Of a stretch of 64,000 nucleotides of DNA, positions 51,445 to 61,366 are shown piece by piece; the first letter of the stretch is position 1, and every line of letters begins with the position of its first letter. Position numbers and translations under genes: made by a program. The notes under the pieces are model-generated. The model was given only the letters and a program-made list of their open reading frames with translations, did no database searches and was not told where the DNA came from. Origin of the DNA: an uncultured Candidatus Saccharibacteria bacterium (lineage in GTDB: Bacteria; Patescibacteriota; Minisyncoccia; UBA6257; UBA9933); the NCBI GenBank assembly GCA_964642155.1, contig CAZXNT010000002.1, positions 65,801-129,800 on the forward strand. The letters are read 5' to 3'.

Positions 51445-51702
51445 AATTTTTAGCTATATTTTGTAATGGCTATTTTTCCTACTTTAGTAGAAGCTTGGAT
51501 CAATGTAATCATCTACTTTATTATTACCTAAGCCAATTCGCAAATTTCCAAATTGTCTTTGAGCACCTTGGCTAATACTAATATTATTTGTTATTACTCT
51601 TTACAGGATAGAGGGAATAAGATTAGAATATAATAACGGTGTGGGATTATTGCATTTATAATATATATTAGCTTAACTATAAACAATATTTAGTATAAAT
51701 TT

Positions 51703-52425
51703 ATGTCAATTAAACAATCATCTTTAGAAAAGAAGTCGTTATATAGGATTGCAAAAATATTTTTTTTACTGCTTCCATGGTTAGTTTTAGCCGTTGTTTT
51801 TTTAGGGGGGTATATAATTATTCCTGAAATAACACAACAACATATTATTGCAGCTTACATAGTGGGAGGATTAATTTTATATTATTTATTTTTAAATTTA
51901 ACATGGAGAGGTTTTCTTTACATTGTATTCGGAGGATTAGAAAATGACACAAAAAAACCAATTACTGCGAGGGTACAACCTGTTAGTCCAATTACTCAAC
52001 CAGTTCAAAAACCAAATCAAGCTGCCCCTGTTTTTGGCATTCTCGTGTTTGTAATTATTCTCGTTATTATTGCAACGTACTCATCAAAAAATACATACGG
52101 TACTAACTGTTCTAACGAAGGTGAAAAGGGTTTATATGGAACAGATGGGGGTTGCTACACATGTACCATCGGTGATGTTGCTGGTACTAGTCCTGCAAAT
52201 AATTGTTCTGTTGGCACGGCTGGGGTTTATTGTTGTAATAATTCTAGTGGAAATAATGGAGTAACTGGCAATAGTAAATGTGTTGCTCCTTGTGGTAAAT
52301 TATGGGATTGCGGGGGAACGTATTATCCACCATCAGGAGTACGGACAGACGTTAGTGGCTGTTTTACTATAAATCAGTCCTATCTTCACAACTGGAATGG
52401 TACTTGCATTAAACGATGTAATTAG
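51703..52425 (+). CDS. membrane protein with 3 TM helices and a C-terminal extracytoplasmic Cys-rich (12 Cys) Gly/Asn/Thr-rich domain, hypothetical
   Basis: No recognised family. Cys spacing CSNEG..CYTC..CSVG..CC..C..C..C..C..C. Confidence 0.5.
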   Translation: MSIKQSSLEKKSLYRIAKIFFLLLPWLVLAVVFLGGYIIIPEITQQHIIAAYIVGGLILYYLFLNLTWRGFLYIVFGGLENDTKKPITARVQPVSPITQPVQKPNQAAPVFGILVFVIILVIIATYSSKNTYGTNCSNEGEKGLYGTDGGCYTCTIGDVAGTSPANNCSVGTAGVYCCNNSSGNNGVTGNSKCVAPCGKLWDCGGTYYPPSGVRTDVSGCFTINQSYLHNWNGTCIKRCN

Positions 52426-52485
52426 TTTGTATTCTTGATGTCAATACTTATTTGAACATCGTCCCATGTTCGGAGCACATATAAA

Positions 52486-52515
52486 AAACAGGTCAAATAT
52501 AAACCTGTTTTTTTA
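52486..52515 (+). terminator. rho-independent terminator (AACAGGT-CAAATATA-AACCTGTT plus T-run), copy 1
   Basis: Sequence is near-identical (one mismatch) to 57458-57487. Confidence 0.6.
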
Positions 52516-52758
52516 TTTGGCTCCCGATAAAAAAACAATAATCCTGAAATCTTGCACTGAGCTTGTCGAAGTGCTCCGCGCTAACGCGCGGGTGGCGGAC
52601 TTTCCGGACACGGCTCGCGGGCAAAAAGTTTCCTCCCTTTCAGTTTTTCACGACTTTCAGCCGCGTTCCGCACGGTTAGAGATTGAAGAATTGACACAAA
52701 GTGGCACCTGTTATAATGTGGTATTATATTTAGAAGCGCATAAAACGATATTTAAAAT

Positions 52759-55173
52759 ATGAAATCTGTAAAAATATTTTCATTTTTTCTAATAGGTCTT
52801 GTTATGGCCGGTGCTTTATCATCGGCAAGGCCGGCGTTTGCGCAAGAAGTGGCTCAGGATGTCAAAGTCTATGCCGAGAACATGAAAAACGACGCTGGGG
52901 CAATTGGCGCCGTTACGGAACTGTTCGGCAAGGACGCGCCAATAGTGAAGAAATTTCAGTTGGGCGTTAAGCTTGGGGAATTCATCACGCGCGTAAGTCA
53001 GGGCGACGTACTCGATGCGGCAATAGATTTAGCAAAATATGAATTAGAACAAGTGATAGATACTATAAAAGGGAAATTATTCGGTCCTTTCGCCGCCGCG
53101 GCTGATTTAGGAAAATGGCTTGGTGAAAAAGGTAGAAATATGCACTTCGTCTCGGTTTTTAATGCTGGATATGAGATTTACAAAAGAGAGAACGGTCAGG
53201 GCGAATTTTACATTTCTGAAATAGCCGGATGGTGGGATATAGGAGGAAAAAAGTTTGAGAAAGAAAAAGGCGATTTGCCGGCATGGAAAAAGGTATTTAA
53301 AAATCTTTATGAAGCGGAAAAGTTGGCGGCCGGAATTAAGCAAGAGGATATTCAGAAAGTTGAACAGGTAAAAAAAGAGGTTAAAAAAGAAGTATTTATC
53401 ACTTTTTTCAAAACCAAATACATAGGCATGCCCGCTGACATTGCTGAAGAGCTTGCCGAGCTCATAGTCAATAAAGCCAGTAATGTGGAGATTGAGAAAT
53501 TTATTGACAAACACAAAAACACTCTTAATAATCTTTCTATTGCGAAACCCGCGAATCAGGAAGGAGCGGCTTCGGGAAGTGGCATTTGCGAAACGATAAA
53601 AGACAAAGACTCTCAAGACTTTCAAGATTTCAGAAAAAATTGCGAAGAAATTTTGGCGGAAATCGTGGATATGAAAAACCAAGTTTTTTCCAATAAGATA
53701 ACTTACTATGATTATTCTAGGCGGACTAATGGCCGTCAAATTGCTTACCTCGATGGTATTGGCAAGGAAAACTTTACCAAATTTAAAAAAAGCCAAGAAA
53801 ATATTATTGCTTCTGCCTACGAATTTCAGTTTGGGCAAGAAATACGAGCGATAAATGATTCCTTGGCTACAAACAAAGACAGATTTCAAGGCCTAAAGAG
53901 CGATTATAAAAATCTTCCAAAGCAAGGAGATCATTGGAACGCGCCATCCTATAAGGTTTCCGTAAATAAGAGTTTTACGCGTGTTTTCAACAATGTTTAT
54001 AATATGGTTTTCAATTACGGGAGTTTTAGTTATGAAGATTTTAAGAACGGAGACGCTCAAAAAAGTTATCAGCCATATTTTGACAATGAAACTAAGGCGA
54101 ATATTGCGGATGACGCAAGAACAAGATATTTAAAAGCGCATCTCAACAGATTAAATGGCTTGGTTCGCGATTTTACTATTTTACAAAACAGGATAAACTC
54201 TCTTATCTCGTCAGCTGAATCAGCCAATGGAGTATTCAGCTATGGGCAAATAAGAATAGATGATTTAAAGAAAATGGTTTCGGAAATTGAGGAATTGAGA
54301 GAAGACATCCAATCCGGAGAAAGGCCTTGGTGGATGGTCTGGAGACAGCGCGACCCGTGGAGTATTAATTCTGTGTTAGAAGCTATTAAGGGAATGGAAA
54401 GTTATAAAAAAACACGCGGGGAGGAAAATGAACAACTAAAAAAAGATTATGCTTCGGCTTTTAAAATTTATGAAAAGGAAGAGAAACTGCTGGAATTGGA
54501 AAAACAGAAACAAGCTGAAGAAGAAAAAAAGGCCGCCGCGGAAGAAAAAGCGCAGGCTCTGAAAAAACAAAAGGCAGAAGAGGATGCCGTTAAACAGGAG
54601 CGAGCGGGATGGGAGGCAGAAAAACAAGCGGCCGCCGAAAAAGCTGACCCGAAGACAAAAAGCACTGACGCATTTAATGTTCCATTCGGAGAAAGTCAAA
54701 AAACAACGCTGAGTAAATCAGTACCAACGATCGAAACAACTAAACCCGCTACAATACAAACAAAACCAGTTCCCCCTCCAGCACAACCCTCTACACAATT
54801 CTCCGCGCAAAAAAAACCAACTCGCCCAACTGGAAAGAGCTTTATACCACATTATTACAAAAGAATAGCGGGTTTTTCTTTTATCAATCAAAGTGAAGCC
54901 GATATGATGGTATCCGACTTTTCCTGGAATGATGATGGAATTAATGCACTTGGTGCCGGAATATTAAAACTAGGGGCTAAATCTATAGATGATGTCTTTT
55001 CTGTTCCAACCTCGGGATATGAGGACGGTCCCTATCAGCCGGAGGTAGGTCACGTTTATGTCATTAAAACTAAAGGCGATAAATATGGCGTTATTGAAAT
55101 AACACTTATTGAAACAGATTATCTATATTTTTATTGGAGATATCAGAATTCAGACGGCTCTTCTTCTTTTTAG
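52759..55173 (+). CDS. large secreted protein (804 aa) with signal peptide, central coiled coil and Pro/Thr/Gln-rich linker, hypothetical
   Basis: Signal peptide MKSVKIFSFFLIGLVMAGALSSARPAFAQE. Lys/Glu/Ala-rich coiled coil at about 590-660. C-terminal beta-rich domain. A TTGACA..TATAAT promoter lies at 52691-52720. Confidence 0.55.
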   Translation: MKSVKIFSFFLIGLVMAGALSSARPAFAQEVAQDVKVYAENMKNDAGAIGAVTELFGKDAPIVKKFQLGVKLGEFITRVSQGDVLDAAIDLAKYELEQVIDTIKGKLFGPFAAAADLGKWLGEKGRNMHFVSVFNAGYEIYKRENGQGEFYISEIAGWWDIGGKKFEKEKGDLPAWKKVFKNLYEAEKLAAGIKQEDIQKVEQVKKEVKKEVFITFFKTKYIGMPADIAEELAELIVNKASNVEIEKFIDKHKNTLNNLSIAKPANQEGAASGSGICETIKDKDSQDFQDFRKNCEEILAEIVDMKNQVFSNKITYYDYSRRTNGRQIAYLDGIGKENFTKFKKSQENIIASAYEFQFGQEIRAINDSLATNKDRFQGLKSDYKNLPKQGDHWNAPSYKVSVNKSFTRVFNNVYNMVFNYGSFSYEDFKNGDAQKSYQPYFDNETKANIADDARTRYLKAHLNRLNGLVRDFTILQNRINSLISSAESANGVFSYGQIRIDDLKKMVSEIEELREDIQSGERPWWMVWRQRDPWSINSVLEAIKGMESYKKTRGEENEQLKKDYASAFKIYEKEEKLLELEKQKQAEEEKKAAAEEKAQALKKQKAEEDAVKQERAGWEAEKQAAAEKADPKTKSTDAFNVPFGESQKTTLSKSVPTIETTKPATIQTKPVPPPAQPSTQFSAQKKPTRPTGKSFIPHYYKRIAGFSFINQSEADMMVSDFSWNDDGINALGAGILKLGAKSIDDVFSVPTSGYEDGPYQPEVGHVYVIKTKGDKYGVIEITLIETDYLYFYWRYQNSDGSSSF

Positions 55174-55787
55174 TAATTATGGCATTCATAGGAGTTTTAT
55201 TTTCAATCTTTGGTTTAATCGCGGTTGGCGCGGCAATCTTGGTAATGCTTTGGGGCATGGGATTTTTTCAGTATTTGGGCGGAAAGAAAAAAACTCCTTC
55301 GGCCATTGGCAAAGAAGCGTTGAAAGAAAAAATTCTTGCTCTCAATTCACCGGAACTTCCTTACCAAATAACGCCTGCTAAAGAAACAGATTTTTTGCTT
55401 GAATGGAAAATTGTTGATGCCAAATGGTACGGAATTTTTTCCAAAGAAAGAGTGGAAAAAACTTACCATGCCTTAATCCTATTGGACGATAACCGCAAAA
55501 CAGCGCGTTATTACGAGGAATTAGGAAGTGTTGAGTGGCATATCGGCACAGACGGCATTTCAAAACCAAGTGTTCTCTATAGAAAGGAATTTTTTAAGGG
55601 CAGGATATTGTTTAAAAAATCGTGGGGGGTTCAGTATGGAATAAAAGAGAGCGGTGAGTTCGGCAAAGTGTACAAATATAAGTTTGATATTGGCTATGCG
55701 CGCGATCCTCTTAAAAAAATCGTCCTGGAAAGCGGTTGGGAATTTGTGCCGGTCGTCAGAAAGAAATACACGCTTCGCAAAAACTAA
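55134..55787 (+). CDS. hypothetical membrane protein (2 TM) with a cytoplasmic domain
   Basis: Overlaps the end of the preceding gene by 40 nt, so the two are probably co-transcribed. Confidence 0.4.
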   Translation: MEISEFRRLFFFLVIMAFIGVLFSIFGLIAVGAAILVMLWGMGFFQYLGGKKKTPSAIGKEALKEKILALNSPELPYQITPAKETDFLLEWKIVDAKWYGIFSKERVEKTYHALILLDDNRKTARYYEELGSVEWHIGTDGISKPSVLYRKEFFKGRILFKKSWGVQYGIKESGEFGKVYKYKFDIGYARDPLKKIVLESGWEFVPVVRKKYTLRKN

Positions 55788-55851
55788 GTTTGTTGCGATT
55801 TTCCATCGGGAGCCAAGAATGACTACTTGCTAATTCTAGTACTAAATTAAT

Positions 55852-57438
55852 ATGTCACTCCTTACAAAAACAGATTTTATTTTATATCGAGAGTGCCCAA
55901 ACAACGTTTGGGTAAAAAGACATAAGCCCGCGGAATATGCAAAGTTTGAGATTTCGGAGTTTGAACAATCTCTTGCGGTAATGGGTAACGAAGTAGAAAA
56001 GTTGGCGCGAGGAATGTTCCCCGCAGGCTTTCTTATTGAACGACGCAGTGAAAGAGCGCAAGAGCTAACGAAGAAACTTATTACAGAGCGCGCGCCAGTC
56101 ATTTTTCAGGCGGTTTTTGCAACTGATAAATATCTGACTGCCGCTGACGTTCTAAAATGGAATGAATCGGCGCAAAAATATGACATATACGAAATAAAAA
56201 TGTCTTCAACAGAGGAAGACGATGATGAAGAGGAAGAAGGAAAACCTAAAAGAGTCAACAAAAAAAGAGAACTTCAATATGAGTATGACATCGCTTTTCA
56301 AACCAATGTCATAGAAGGCTGTGGAATACCGCTGAACAAAAAGTATTTAGTCCGTCTCAATAGAAAATACGTTAGGATGGGAGAGCTTAATTTCATACCA
56401 GGAGAACTTTTTATTGTAGAAGATAAGACGGAAGTAATAGACCGTCTAAGTCCCACTGTTGCAATAGAAATGTCACAAGCACAAACTTATCTTTCCACTA
56501 CAAAAATACCAGTAGCGCCGTGCCCTTGTTACTACAAAGGGCGCAGTTCCCACTGCACCGCATTTACCTACATAAACCCACACGTGCCTGCATACAGCGT
56601 TCACGACTTGAATAGAATTGGAAACAGTAAAAAGTATCTCAAGGAGCTTTTAGATGAAGGTATTTTGGAGATTAGCGATGTACCGATAGACGACAGGCTC
56701 AAACCAAAGCCGCCGAAAGCTGGCGCAAAACCCGGTAAGCCGAGGAAGCTAAATCAAATTCTAGTCCATAAGTCCCAAGAGCCTCTGGTGAATCTTGAGA
56801 CTCTCAAAGCTGAACTTGATTCACTTACTTTTCCTCTTTATTTTCTTGACTACGAGACATATCCGACAGCAATTCCTCCTTACAACGGGTATTATCCATA
56901 TCAGCAAATTGTCTTTCAGTATTCACTGCACGTCTTAAAAGATAAAAATTCGGAACCAATTCATTTTGAGCGTTTAATACTAGATGGAGAACCATCTGAA
57001 CGTATAGCGGAAAGTTTGCGAAAGAATATTGGCGACACGGGAACAGTTATCTCTTGGTTCAAGACTTTTGAAAACTCCCGAAATAAGGAATTAGCGGGGT
57101 TTCTACCAATCCATAAGAATTTTTTTCTCGGTATTATTGGTCGCACTTATGACTTAATGGACATTGTAGATGGTCAACATTATGTGCACCCTGGATTTAA
57201 GGGAAGAGCATCAATCAAAAAAGTCTTACCAGTCTTGGCTCCACATCTTTCTTATAAAACGCTTGGTGTCCAAAGTGGTACAGATGCTATTGAGGCTTAT
57301 CGAAAAATTACCGCAGGAGAGATAAGTGGAGAGGCGCTAAAAGATAAGGAACGCGAGATGCTTAAATACTGCAAACTTGATACTTATGCGATGTACGTAT
57401 TATGGAGATTTTTTAGCAATGAAATAAAAAAAATATAA
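55852..57438 (+). CDS. DUF2779-type protein: N-terminal PD-(D/E)xK (RecB/Cas4-like) nuclease fused to a C-terminal DEDD/RNase-H-like exonuclease domain
   Basis: D..EIK nuclease motif (AADVL..YDIYEIKMS). FLDYETY and YCKLDTYAM are DnaQ-like Exo I/Exo III motifs. Acidic linker DDDEEEEG. Confidence 0.6.
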   Translation: MSLLTKTDFILYRECPNNVWVKRHKPAEYAKFEISEFEQSLAVMGNEVEKLARGMFPAGFLIERRSERAQELTKKLITERAPVIFQAVFATDKYLTAADVLKWNESAQKYDIYEIKMSSTEEDDDEEEEGKPKRVNKKRELQYEYDIAFQTNVIEGCGIPLNKKYLVRLNRKYVRMGELNFIPGELFIVEDKTEVIDRLSPTVAIEMSQAQTYLSTTKIPVAPCPCYYKGRSSHCTAFTYINPHVPAYSVHDLNRIGNSKKYLKELLDEGILEISDVPIDDRLKPKPPKAGAKPGKPRKLNQILVHKSQEPLVNLETLKAELDSLTFPLYFLDYETYPTAIPPYNGYYPYQQIVFQYSLHVLKDKNSEPIHFERLILDGEPSERIAESLRKNIGDTGTVISWFKTFENSRNKELAGFLPIHKNFFLGIIGRTYDLMDIVDGQHYVHPGFKGRASIKKVLPVLAPHLSYKTLGVQSGTDAIEAYRKITAGEISGEALKDKEREMLKYCKLDTYAMYVLWRFFSNEIKKI

Positions 57439-57457
57439 TTATGATGTATTTAATAAA

Positions 57458-57487
57458 AAACAGGTCAAATATAGACCTGTTTTTTTA
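57458..57487 (+). terminator. rho-independent terminator (AACAGGT-CAAATATA-GACCTGTT plus T-run), copy 2
   Basis: See 52486-52515. Confidence 0.6.
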
Positions 57488-57534
57488 AAAGAGCAAATGG
57501 TAAAATATGATTGATAATTTAATGAAATAGCGAT

Positions 57535-58518
57535 ATGAAAAAAGATAATTTTCAAAAAGGCGAAATAGTGATTTACCAAGCGTCATCAGGCACCATTGAA
57601 TTTCGCGGCGATTGGGAAAAAGAAACGATTTGGGCAACACAGGCAGAAATAGCTCGGGCTTTTGATGTTACGCCACAAAACATTACGATTCATCTGCACA
57701 ATATATTTAAAGACGACGAACTTAATAAGGGGTCAACTTGTAAAGAATCCTTACAAGTTCAGAAAGAAGGCAAAAGGGAAATTGGGCGAAAGATGAAGCT
57801 GTATAATCTTGATGTCATTATTGCCATTGGTTATCGTATTAATTCCGTTGTTGGTACAAAATTTCGTCAATGGGCCACAAAGACCTTACGTGAGCATATT
57901 ACTAAGGGCTATACCATAAATCGCAAACGCATTGCGCAAAATTATAACGCGTTTATGAAAGCAGTCGCCGATATTCAGACGCTCCTGCCGAAACATATTA
58001 CTCTTGATCCAAAGACAGTTCTTGAACTCATTAAAGAATTCGCCAGCACTTGGGTTTCGCTTGACGCTTACGATAAAGAAACGCTTGAGGTTGTCGGAAC
58101 AACTAAGAAAGCGGTCAAGTTAATTGGGAAAGAACTGACCGGCGCGATAGAGAACCTTCGAGCCGAACTGATTAAAAAAAGCGAGGCAACGGAATTGTTC
58201 GCCCAAGAAAGACAATTTGGAAATATCGAAGATATTGCGGGGAATGTTATGCAATCATTCGGAGGCAAACCGCTTTATCCGAGCGTGGAAGAAAAAGCTG
58301 CGCATCTTTTGTATTTTATGGTGAAGAATCATCCCTTCACTGACGGCAATAAACGCTCCGGCGCTTTTGCCTTTGTTTGGTTTCTACGTAAATATCGCGC
58401 TAAAGAAAACCGCAATATTAATCCAGCGAGTTTAACCGCCCTTACACTTCTTATCGCCGAAAGTAATCCCCAAAAAAAAGAACAAATGGTAGCGTTGGTA
58501 ACGCAATTACTTAAATAA
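57535..58518 (+). CDS. RhuM-family protein with a C-terminal Doc/Fic-type domain
   Basis: N-terminal RhuM-like region (IEFRGDWEKETIWATQAEIARAF). C-terminal HPFTDGNKRSGAF, a Doc-type HxFx(D)GNKR motif. Confidence 0.7.
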   Translation: MKKDNFQKGEIVIYQASSGTIEFRGDWEKETIWATQAEIARAFDVTPQNITIHLHNIFKDDELNKGSTCKESLQVQKEGKREIGRKMKLYNLDVIIAIGYRINSVVGTKFRQWATKTLREHITKGYTINRKRIAQNYNAFMKAVADIQTLLPKHITLDPKTVLELIKEFASTWVSLDAYDKETLEVVGTTKKAVKLIGKELTGAIENLRAELIKKSEATELFAQERQFGNIEDIAGNVMQSFGGKPLYPSVEEKAAHLLYFMVKNHPFTDGNKRSGAFAFVWFLRKYRAKENRNINPASLTALTLLIAESNPQKKEQMVALVTQLLK

Positions 58519-58591
58519 TAATTACACTAACCCAATCCCGCGAAGCAAAAATCATCTATCAAAAACTGTTGAAAATTGATAAAATAAAACT

Positions 58592-59428
58592 ATGAACAAT
58601 AAAAAACAAATTTCAATTTTTGAAGGCAAACAAATCCGTCGTCACTGGGACGAGGAAAAAGAATTATGGCATTTTGCCGTTATGGATGTGGTGGAAATCT
58701 TGGCGCAAACCGATAGACCAAGAAAATATTGGAATGATTTAAAAACCAAGTTAAAAGCGGAGGGCAGCGAGGTGTCCGAAAAAATCGGACAACTGAAAAT
58801 GCGAGCTTCTGACGGCAAATTTTACCTTACCGATACGGCAGACACGGAAACGATGTTTCGTATTATTCAATCCATTCCTTCGCCTAAAGCCGAACCGTTT
58901 AAGCTCTGGCTGGCTCGGGTGGGTTATGAGAGAGTGGAGGAAACCGAAGATCCGGAAAAAGCCATCCAAAGAGCGTTGGCGACTTATCTCAAAAAAGGAT
59001 ATTCTAAAAATTGGGTTGACCTGCGACTAAAAAGCATTGAAATCAGAAAAGATTTAACCAATGAATGGGACGAGCGAGGCGTAAAAACAAATAATGAATT
59101 CGCCATTTTGACTGACGATATTTCTTTCGCTTGGGCGGGATTAAAAACCAAGGACTACAAAAAGCATAAAGATTTGAAAAAAGAAAATCTGCGGGACAAT
59201 ATGAATAACCTTGAATTAGTTTTGAATATGCTGGCGGAAACGGCAACCACGGAAATTTCCAAAAAACGGGAACCAAAAACTTTTCCGGAGAATAGAAAAG
59301 TAGCGCGCGAAGGCGGAGGCATTGCCGGCAACGCCAGAAAACAAATTGAGGCAAAAATAGGAAAACCGGTTATCAGTAAATTGAGTTTTAAAAAAATACA
59401 GGAGCAGAAAAAGCTAAACGAAAAATAA
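58592..59428 (+). CDS. DinD-like (DNA-damage-inducible protein D) with an N-terminal Bro-N domain
   Basis: ISIFEGKQIRRHWDEEKELWHFAVMDVVEIL is a Bro-N signature. Length and C-terminus are DinD-like. Confidence 0.7.
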   Translation: MNNKKQISIFEGKQIRRHWDEEKELWHFAVMDVVEILAQTDRPRKYWNDLKTKLKAEGSEVSEKIGQLKMRASDGKFYLTDTADTETMFRIIQSIPSPKAEPFKLWLARVGYERVEETEDPEKAIQRALATYLKKGYSKNWVDLRLKSIEIRKDLTNEWDERGVKTNNEFAILTDDISFAWAGLKTKDYKKHKDLKKENLRDNMNNLELVLNMLAETATTEISKKREPKTFPENRKVAREGGGIAGNARKQIEAKIGKPVISKLSFKKIQEQKKLNEK

Positions 59429-59432
59429 ATTT

Positions 59433-60116
59433 ATGACCAAATCATTTACTATTCACGATTTACCTAATGAAGAACGCCCGCGCGAACGATTAGTTAAATT
59501 TGGAGAACAAGCGCTCTCGGCCCAAGAATTATTACAACTTATTTTGGGGAGGGGAATTGCCGGTGAATCAGTGGTAATTACGGCGCAAAAATTATTATCG
59601 CAATTTGGCAGTCTTCAAAAATTATCCGAAGCAAGTATTGAGGAATTATCCTCAATTAAAGGAATTGGGCTGGCAAAAGCCACTCAAATAAAAGCCGCGT
59701 TTGAAATCGGCCGTCGGCTTTCCACACAGACCGCGCCATATAAAAGCAAAGAACTTACCGAACCCAAAAAGGTGTATCAATTAATAAAAAGCAAGCTCAA
59801 AGATTATCATAAAGAGCATTTTTATGTTATTGCTCTTAACAGCAGAAATCACTCCATCGCGGAAATTTCGGTCGGCTCTCTTAATGCCAGTATTGTTCAT
59901 CCGCGCGAAGTATTCGCGGAAGCCATCAAAAACAAAGCCGCCTCAGTTATATTCGTTCATAACCATCCATCAGGCGACTCCGAACCATCAGAAGACGATT
60001 TAATAATTACTAAAAAATTAGTTGAGTCCGGCAAGATTTTGGGGATTGAAATAGTTGACCATATTATTGTCGTTAAAGACAGTTTTTTTAGCTTTAAAGA
60101 TAAAGGATTAATATAA
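59433..60116 (+). CDS. radC: RadC-like JAB/MPN domain protein
   Basis: N-terminal HhH (ELSSIKGIGLAKATQI). JAMM motif HNHPSGDSEPSEDD. Confidence 0.8.
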   Translation: MTKSFTIHDLPNEERPRERLVKFGEQALSAQELLQLILGRGIAGESVVITAQKLLSQFGSLQKLSEASIEELSSIKGIGLAKATQIKAAFEIGRRLSTQTAPYKSKELTEPKKVYQLIKSKLKDYHKEHFYVIALNSRNHSIAEISVGSLNASIVHPREVFAEAIKNKAASVIFVHNHPSGDSEPSEDDLIITKKLVESGKILGIEIVDHIIVVKDSFFSFKDKGLI

Positions 60117-60188
60117 AATTATTTTATTTAAGAAGTATAATTAGAAATTTGACAATTATACATTAAGGCTATAAAGTATAATTACAGT

Positions 60189-61325
60189 ATGGAAAAGTCA
60201 ATATTTACAACAAATGCCGCGGGGAAAGTAATAAAAACCGAAAAGGGTTATTTTGCTTTTGCGCCTAATCCACTCCCGCCATTGTTGGAATTTAATAATG
60301 ATTTAGTTAACGCGCTTTCGCAGGCGGATATTGCGTTGGGGAAACTTGCGGGAGCCGCAAAACGTTTGCCTAACCCGCATCTTTTAATTCAGCCCTATTT
60401 AAAAAAAGAAGCGGTTTTAAGTTCAAAAATAGAAGGAACGCAGGCATCATTGTCTGATTTATTTGAGGCGGAAATTGGCGCCGTCGAAAAAACCGATGAC
60501 ATTAAAGAAGTAAATCAATATGTGAAAGCAATGGAATACGGATTGAAACGTATTAAAGATTTTCCTTTGAGCCTTCGTTTTGTTCGCGAACTCCATAAAA
60601 TTTTGATGGAGGGGGTTCGAGGCAAACACGCTGCGCCGGGAGAATTTAGAGTAAGTCAAAATTGGATTGGCAATCCCGGCTGTACATTGGAAGAAGCAAC
60701 TTTCGTCCCTCCCTCTGTCGCCACAATGAATGAATCTCTTAATGACTGGGAAAAATATTTGCATCAAGACAAAAAACTTCCGACTCTTATAGATTCTGCC
60801 TTAATTCATTATCAATTTGAGGCTATTCATCCGTTTCTTGATGGCAATGGAAGAATAGGGAGATTGTTTATAACTCTTCTTTTGGTGAATAAGGAAATTT
60901 TACCACTGCCTCTTTTATATTTAAGCGCCTTTTTTGAAAAATACAGAAGCGAGTATTACGAATACCTTATGCAGGTAAGCACAAAGGGATTGTGGAATGA
61001 TTGGTTGATTTTTTTCTTGCGCGGCGTGCGCGAACAAGCGACAGAAGCGTTGGCAAATGCTGATAAAATTTTGGCCCTACAAGAAGAATACGACAGAATT
61101 ATAAAAGAAAATCATTTGAGCGCCACAGTGAGCAGGGTGCTTGATTTATTGTTTCAAAATCCGTATATTACGATTCCTCGGGCCGCTTCCTTATTAAAAA
61201 CTACTTTTGTCACTGCCAAACGGTCGGTGCTCCACCTCGAAAAACTCGGTATTGTAAAAGAAATAAGCGGTAAAGAAAAAGGAAGAGTTTTTCTTGCCTC
61301 AAAATTATTAGATATTTTAAACTAA
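60189..61325 (+). CDS. Fic family protein with a C-terminal winged-helix domain
   Basis: Canonical Fic motif HPFLDGNGRIGRL. Inhibitory-helix-like SKIEGTQASL is present upstream. Confidence 0.8.
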   Translation: MEKSIFTTNAAGKVIKTEKGYFAFAPNPLPPLLEFNNDLVNALSQADIALGKLAGAAKRLPNPHLLIQPYLKKEAVLSSKIEGTQASLSDLFEAEIGAVEKTDDIKEVNQYVKAMEYGLKRIKDFPLSLRFVRELHKILMEGVRGKHAAPGEFRVSQNWIGNPGCTLEEATFVPPSVATMNESLNDWEKYLHQDKKLPTLIDSALIHYQFEAIHPFLDGNGRIGRLFITLLLVNKEILPLPLLYLSAFFEKYRSEYYEYLMQVSTKGLWNDWLIFFLRGVREQATEALANADKILALQEEYDRIIKENHLSATVSRVLDLLFQNPYITIPRAASLLKTTFVTAKRSVLHLEKLGIVKEISGKEKGRVFLASKLLDILN

Positions 61326-61366
61326 AAGATTTTAAGTTTTAAAAGAAAAATGTTAATATAAAAGAT

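Noticed and set aside
51384-51575. ORF 51384-51575(+), 63 aa
   Set aside because: It starts inside tRNA-Asn and is an artefact.
52466-52762. ORF 52466-52762(+), 98 aa
   Set aside because: It spans a terminator hairpin, a GC-rich repeat block and the promoter of the 804-aa gene, so it is unlikely to be coding.
53107-53889. ORF 53107-53889(-), 260 aa
   Set aside because: It is antisense within the 804-aa secreted protein gene. It is Phe/Lys-rich, as expected from the reverse complement of Lys/Glu-rich coding sequence.
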